Assembly (NCBI GenBank): GCA_003635315.1
Contig: PYJD01000010.1
Span: 71,470 to 135,469, forward strand
Direction: 5' to 3'
DNA: 64,000 nt
Source of the DNA: Candidatus Poribacteria bacterium
GTDB lineage: Bacteria; Poribacteria; WGA-4E; WGA-3G
Position numbers and translations under genes: made by a program. This document shows positions 60,356 through 64,000 of the stretch, one piece after another. The notes beneath the pieces are model-generated. The model searched no databases. It saw only the letters and a program-made list of their open reading frames with translations, and had not been told where the DNA came from. Each line of letters opens with the position of its first letter. Position 1 is the stretch's first letter.

Positions 60356-62290
60356 ATGAAAAACATTAGGTTAATCATTCTTGGTCTGTTATGCATAATT
60401 CTATTTAGTAATTCAGGTCTAAGTCTCGCGAAAGATATAAAGGACTTCAGTTTACCAGATCATGCAGTTGCTCGATTGGGAAAGGGGATTATTAACGATT
60501 TTAAACATTCACCTGATGGAAAACATTTTGCAGTAGCTTCCTCAATTGGTATTTGGGTGTATGAGACAACGAACTATAAAGTAGTCAGTTTATTAACAGG
60601 ACACTTGGGGGGAGTCAATTGTATATCCTTTAGTCCAGATGGTAGAACACTTGCAAGTGGTAGTCCTGATAAAACCGTACGACTTTGGGATGTTGCCACA
60701 GGAATTGAGAAAAAGACACTAAGTGGTCATCCGCATGCTATTACCAGTATCACCTTTAGTCCCGATGGTAAAACAGTTGCAAGTGGTAATATGGGTATTG
60801 ATGGTGGTGATAGGTTGTATGAAATCACCGTCCGACTATGGGATGCCTTTACTGGGGAGCTCAAACATACACTCACTGATTTCACTGGAGAAGTAAATAG
60901 TCTGGCATTTAGTTCAGATGGAGAAGTACTCGTGAGTGGAGAAGGTTATCCAGATAATGTCGTCCAGCTATGGAATACGGATACAGGGAAATCAATACAT
61001 TCCTTTAAGTCTCAAGTAGGAAGTATTGAACAGGTCTTTATTACTCCGGATAATACAATAATTAGTCTGGGTGGAGATAATAAAGTACAGGCTTGGGATT
61101 CAATTACACTTACACCTAAAAATTTGCTGCCAGATAAAGTCGGACGTGTGATCGGTCTTACCTCAAGTTTTGATGGAAAGACGTTTGTCAGCTGTGGTGA
61201 AGATAAAATAATTCGTCTATGGAACACCGAAACAGGTAGGAACACTCATGAATTTTCAATCTACAATAGAACGACCAATATTTCACTCAGTCCAAATCAA
61301 GAATTTCTCATAACGAAAGATTTGGGGAATGTATTGGGGGTTTGGGAAATTGAAACAGGGATTCTCAAACACACGATTACCGGTTTTACCGACCCAATCA
61401 GGGATATTGCATTGGCAGCTGACGACAACACTATTGCCTGTGCCAGTTATCGTGTGGTTGAGATCTGGCAAATTTCAACAGGAAACAAATTACACACACT
61501 TGCAGGACACGATCACAACGTAGATACTGTGGCATTTAACTCTGATGGTAGCCTTCTTGCAAGTGGAAGTTTTGACACCTCTATTCGTCTGTGGGATGCT
61601 ATGTCAGGCGTATATCAACACACACTAACACAAGACAGAATCGGTGAAGTAAGTTCTTTAGCTTTTAGTCCTGATGGAAAAACACTTGTAAGTGGTCACT
61701 ATCATACGCTTCACAAATGGAATGTACCTAACAAAAGACATATCCAAAAACTGGAAGGCCAGAATAATCAGATAAATAGCGTAGCAATCAGTTCCGATGG
61801 TAAAACAATTGCCAGTGGTGGGATAGCCGCATATAACGGTGAGGACAATTTTGGGAATAAGGCAATATACCTATGGGATTTAGCGACTGGAAAATACAAG
61901 AAGACACTTTCTGGGAACATGGGGGACACAAATTGTGTTGCTTTCAGTCCGGATGGGAAATTATTGGCAAGTGGATGTGAAAATGTGTGGGACGAAGAGA
62001 TGGATGCTGTGATAGTATGGGATGTTGTATCAGGGAGTCAATTGAGTATATTGAAAGGTCATACAGGAAGTGTGTATAGAGTGGAATTTAGTTCAGATGG
62101 AAATACTCTGGCAAGTGGCGGTGCGGATAAAACTATTCGTCTCTGGGATGTAAAGACACAGAAACACATTTATACATATACTGGTCATAATGGTGAAATT
62201 AAAGGTCTTGCATTTACTCAGGATGGGAGTAAATTGGTGAGTGGTAGCGCGGATGGAACTATATTCGTCTGGAAAATTCCAACTCATTAA
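60356..62290 (+). CDS. Secreted WD40-repeat protein
   Basis: FSLPDHAVARLGKG followed by multiple WD40 repeats. Confidence 0.93.
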   Translation: MKNIRLIILGLLCIILFSNSGLSLAKDIKDFSLPDHAVARLGKGIINDFKHSPDGKHFAVASSIGIWVYETTNYKVVSLLTGHLGGVNCISFSPDGRTLASGSPDKTVRLWDVATGIEKKTLSGHPHAITSITFSPDGKTVASGNMGIDGGDRLYEITVRLWDAFTGELKHTLTDFTGEVNSLAFSSDGEVLVSGEGYPDNVVQLWNTDTGKSIHSFKSQVGSIEQVFITPDNTIISLGGDNKVQAWDSITLTPKNLLPDKVGRVIGLTSSFDGKTFVSCGEDKIIRLWNTETGRNTHEFSIYNRTTNISLSPNQEFLITKDLGNVLGVWEIETGILKHTITGFTDPIRDIALAADDNTIACASYRVVEIWQISTGNKLHTLAGHDHNVDTVAFNSDGSLLASGSFDTSIRLWDAMSGVYQHTLTQDRIGEVSSLAFSPDGKTLVSGHYHTLHKWNVPNKRHIQKLEGQNNQINSVAISSDGKTIASGGIAAYNGEDNFGNKAIYLWDLATGKYKKTLSGNMGDTNCVAFSPDGKLLASGCENVWDEEMDAVIVWDVVSGSQLSILKGHTGSVYRVEFSSDGNTLASGGADKTIRLWDVKTQKHIYTYTGHNGEIKGLAFTQDGSKLVSGSADGTIFVWKIPTH

Positions 62291-62600
62291 ATTGATTCTT
62301 AAATTGTGTCATATGGTTTTAATAGAGCGTTTGCTATTTCAATTTCTACATGCGTAGGTAGTTGCACGGTAACAGGAGAGAAATTGTGTGCAGTTGAGAA
62401 CGGATCAACCTTGGTGCGATTAATTTTGAATACCAGTGGGACGCAGTGCTGGTTTGAGTATACCGTTTTGTCCAATGACAATTACTGTAATTTTACTAAT
62501 GAGTCATTTTCGTTTTTTTTACCAAACCAACGTCAAATGTGCTTGTAGAATTCTTGGTGGGTTTGATGTACTTCAATGCAGTAATGAGTAAAGGTATTCC

Positions 62601-63107
62601 TCAAATTAAGCATATTGCGACAGTAGTACTGGCAAAAATGAAACCTACTTTTCTTATCATAGGATTTCCAGAGAAATATAAATGCACCCATGCAAGGTAA
62701 ATAAAGGTAAGCATCTTTAGTGCTCCGTAACTACCACGACTAATACGTGAACGGGTAAGGTCGTGTATGAATCTGTTTTTTGGTGGCGTGATATACTGTT
62801 GCAACGTATCTGTCAAAACACCTCTTGTTATGACAACAAGTGGTATCCACAAAGGGATGTATCCTATAGCAGTAAAATAAACCCAAAAGACGTTTTCAAT
62901 AATTCTATCTGCACTCACGTCAAAAGCAGCACCGAATTCAGACACCTCGTTTCGTTTGCGAGCGACGATGCCATCAACTGCATCAAGCACGAAAATAATA
63001 GCAATGATGACAAGACATGCGATGTTTAGGAATGGATATCGTTTTAACAAAACAATAACAATGAAGGTTAAAAGAAGACGGATGAGGGTTATGGTATTGG
63101 CAAGCAT
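62601..63107 (-). CDS. CDP-alcohol phosphatidyltransferase (possibly truncated by a premature TGA)
   Basis: DAVDGIVARKRN..S.FGAAFD..AD signature. Confidence 0.88.
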   Translation of the reverse strand: MLANTITLIRLLLTFIVIVLLKRYPFLNIACLVIIAIIFVLDAVDGIVARKRNEVSEFGAAFDVSADRIIENVFWVYFTAIGYIPLWIPLVVITRGVLTDTLQQYITPPKNRFIHDLTRSRISRGSYGALKMLTFIYLAWVHLYFSGNPMIRKVGFIFASTTVAICLI

Positions 63108-63716
63108 TTAAAGAGGTTTTTCAAATATGAATAGATTATTACATCCGAATCCCCAACGTTCCCATTTTATTAGATTCCACTGATTGAAAATATCTGGAAG
63201 ACACTCTGGATTGAACCCGTAATGCTCATGTATTGAGAATCCTTCAACGATTCTAACAACTTTTAGAAAATCAAGGAGTTTCTCAACGCGTGGGTGTTGC
63301 ACTGTGATAATGACTTGTCCGCTGGGTTTAAGATATTTCCAACATGCATCTGCAACTGATGGAAGGACATTCATTGGTATATGTTCAACGGTAGCCAACA
63401 TTGTAATGACATCAAAAGTTTCATCTGTAACTAAGTTGTATGGAAAATATCCGGGTATAAGTTGATATGTCCCAAATTTCACAGTTTGTGTGAGATGTGA
63501 GTCAATCCCTATAGCCGTATGTAGATGTCCATTGAGATAACGTAAAAAGTTTCCATCTCCAGTCCCAATGTCCAAGAGACGTGCACCTATCGGTATGTAC
63601 GGTTCAACTTTCGTAAATCGGAGATATTCAAGGAAGGAATCCAGGGGTTTTCTTGGATACCGATCACCTTGTGTATACTTCCTGTTTTTGAGAAATCGGG
63701 TAATAGAGTTTGCCAT
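63108..63716 (-). CDS. Class I SAM-dependent methyltransferase
   Basis: LLDIGTGDG, FDVIT..ATVEH and LKPSG motifs. Confidence 0.9.
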   Translation of the reverse strand: MANSITRFLKNRKYTQGDRYPRKPLDSFLEYLRFTKVEPYIPIGARLLDIGTGDGNFLRYLNGHLHTAIGIDSHLTQTVKFGTYQLIPGYFPYNLVTDETFDVITMLATVEHIPMNVLPSVADACWKYLKPSGQVIITVQHPRVEKLLDFLKVVRIVEGFSIHEHYGFNPECLPDIFNQWNLIKWERWGFGCNNLFIFEKPL

Positions 63717-64000
63717 CTATTCTTTAGCTAGTTCGCTTGTTGGTTCAATAGCAAGGTATTTGTCATCGGTTTTTATATCAGGTGGATAATGAATTTCCCA
63801 AATCTTGAGAGGGGCGGTATCTACTCCATCTGTAGGATAGATGGGTACAAAGATATCGGAAAAGTCGCCAAGGAAGTAGAGCCGGACAGCAAGACTTTGC
63901 CAACCGAGATTAGAAATGTGAAAGGCTTTTTCAAGTTCACCCTTTTCATCGTAATAAAGGATGATGTTTCCGTGTGGATTGTCACCAATTGAGGTTTTGT
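63717..64000 (-). CDS. C-terminus of a larger protein, possibly STT3/oligosaccharyltransferase-like (partial)
   Basis: Manual translation ...NIILYYDEKGELEKAFHISNLGWQSLAVRLYFLGDFSDIFVPIYP...PLKIWEIHYP...KE*; stop abuts the methyltransferase start. The family call is weak. Confidence 0.5.
   Translation of the reverse strand, partial: KTSIGDNPHGNIILYYDEKGELEKAFHISNLGWQSLAVRLYFLGDFSDIFVPIYPTDGVDTAPLKIWEIHYPPDIKTDDKYLAIEPTSELAKE

Noticed and set aside
62601-62603. Selenocysteine or genetic-code reassignment of TGA
   Set aside because: The expected residue is Arg rather than Cys, no SECIS-like hairpin is evident, and TGA terminates other genes in the window normally.

Overview
AT-rich bacterial chromosomal window, most likely Candidatus Poribacteria. 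This is an inference from a four-gene PhyH dioxygenase array, signal-peptide WD40 proteins with an 'LPxxAxxRLGKG' N-terminus, a LamG protein with a 'KLAITWGxLK' tail, C-type lectin proteins and a DUF6785-like membrane protein. It opens with infC-rpmI-rplT-[Phe T-box]-pheS. A conflict/defence-like island follows at about 4-14.3 kb: two DUF488 genes; a dual-OB/RecQ/3xHRDC fusion; a three-gene module with a frameshifted Panacea antitoxin and a toxin-like gene; a CD-NTase with two catalytic Asp replaced by Asn; an AAA pseudogene; and a trypsin-holin fusion. Further on are a candidate polyphosphate module (split CHAD pair, ROK kinase, VTC/CYTH-like protein), aroC, pyrD, a pyrB carrying a PyrI-type Zn finger, and an IS5-family element. 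Intergenic DNA is full of nested miniature inverted-repeat elements carrying GTAG-type REP hairpins. Three large AT-rich gaps share a homologous non-coding element with co-varying palindromes, and two of the copies sit behind near-consensus sigma70 promoters. All family assignments come from motif recognition by eye; no searches were run.
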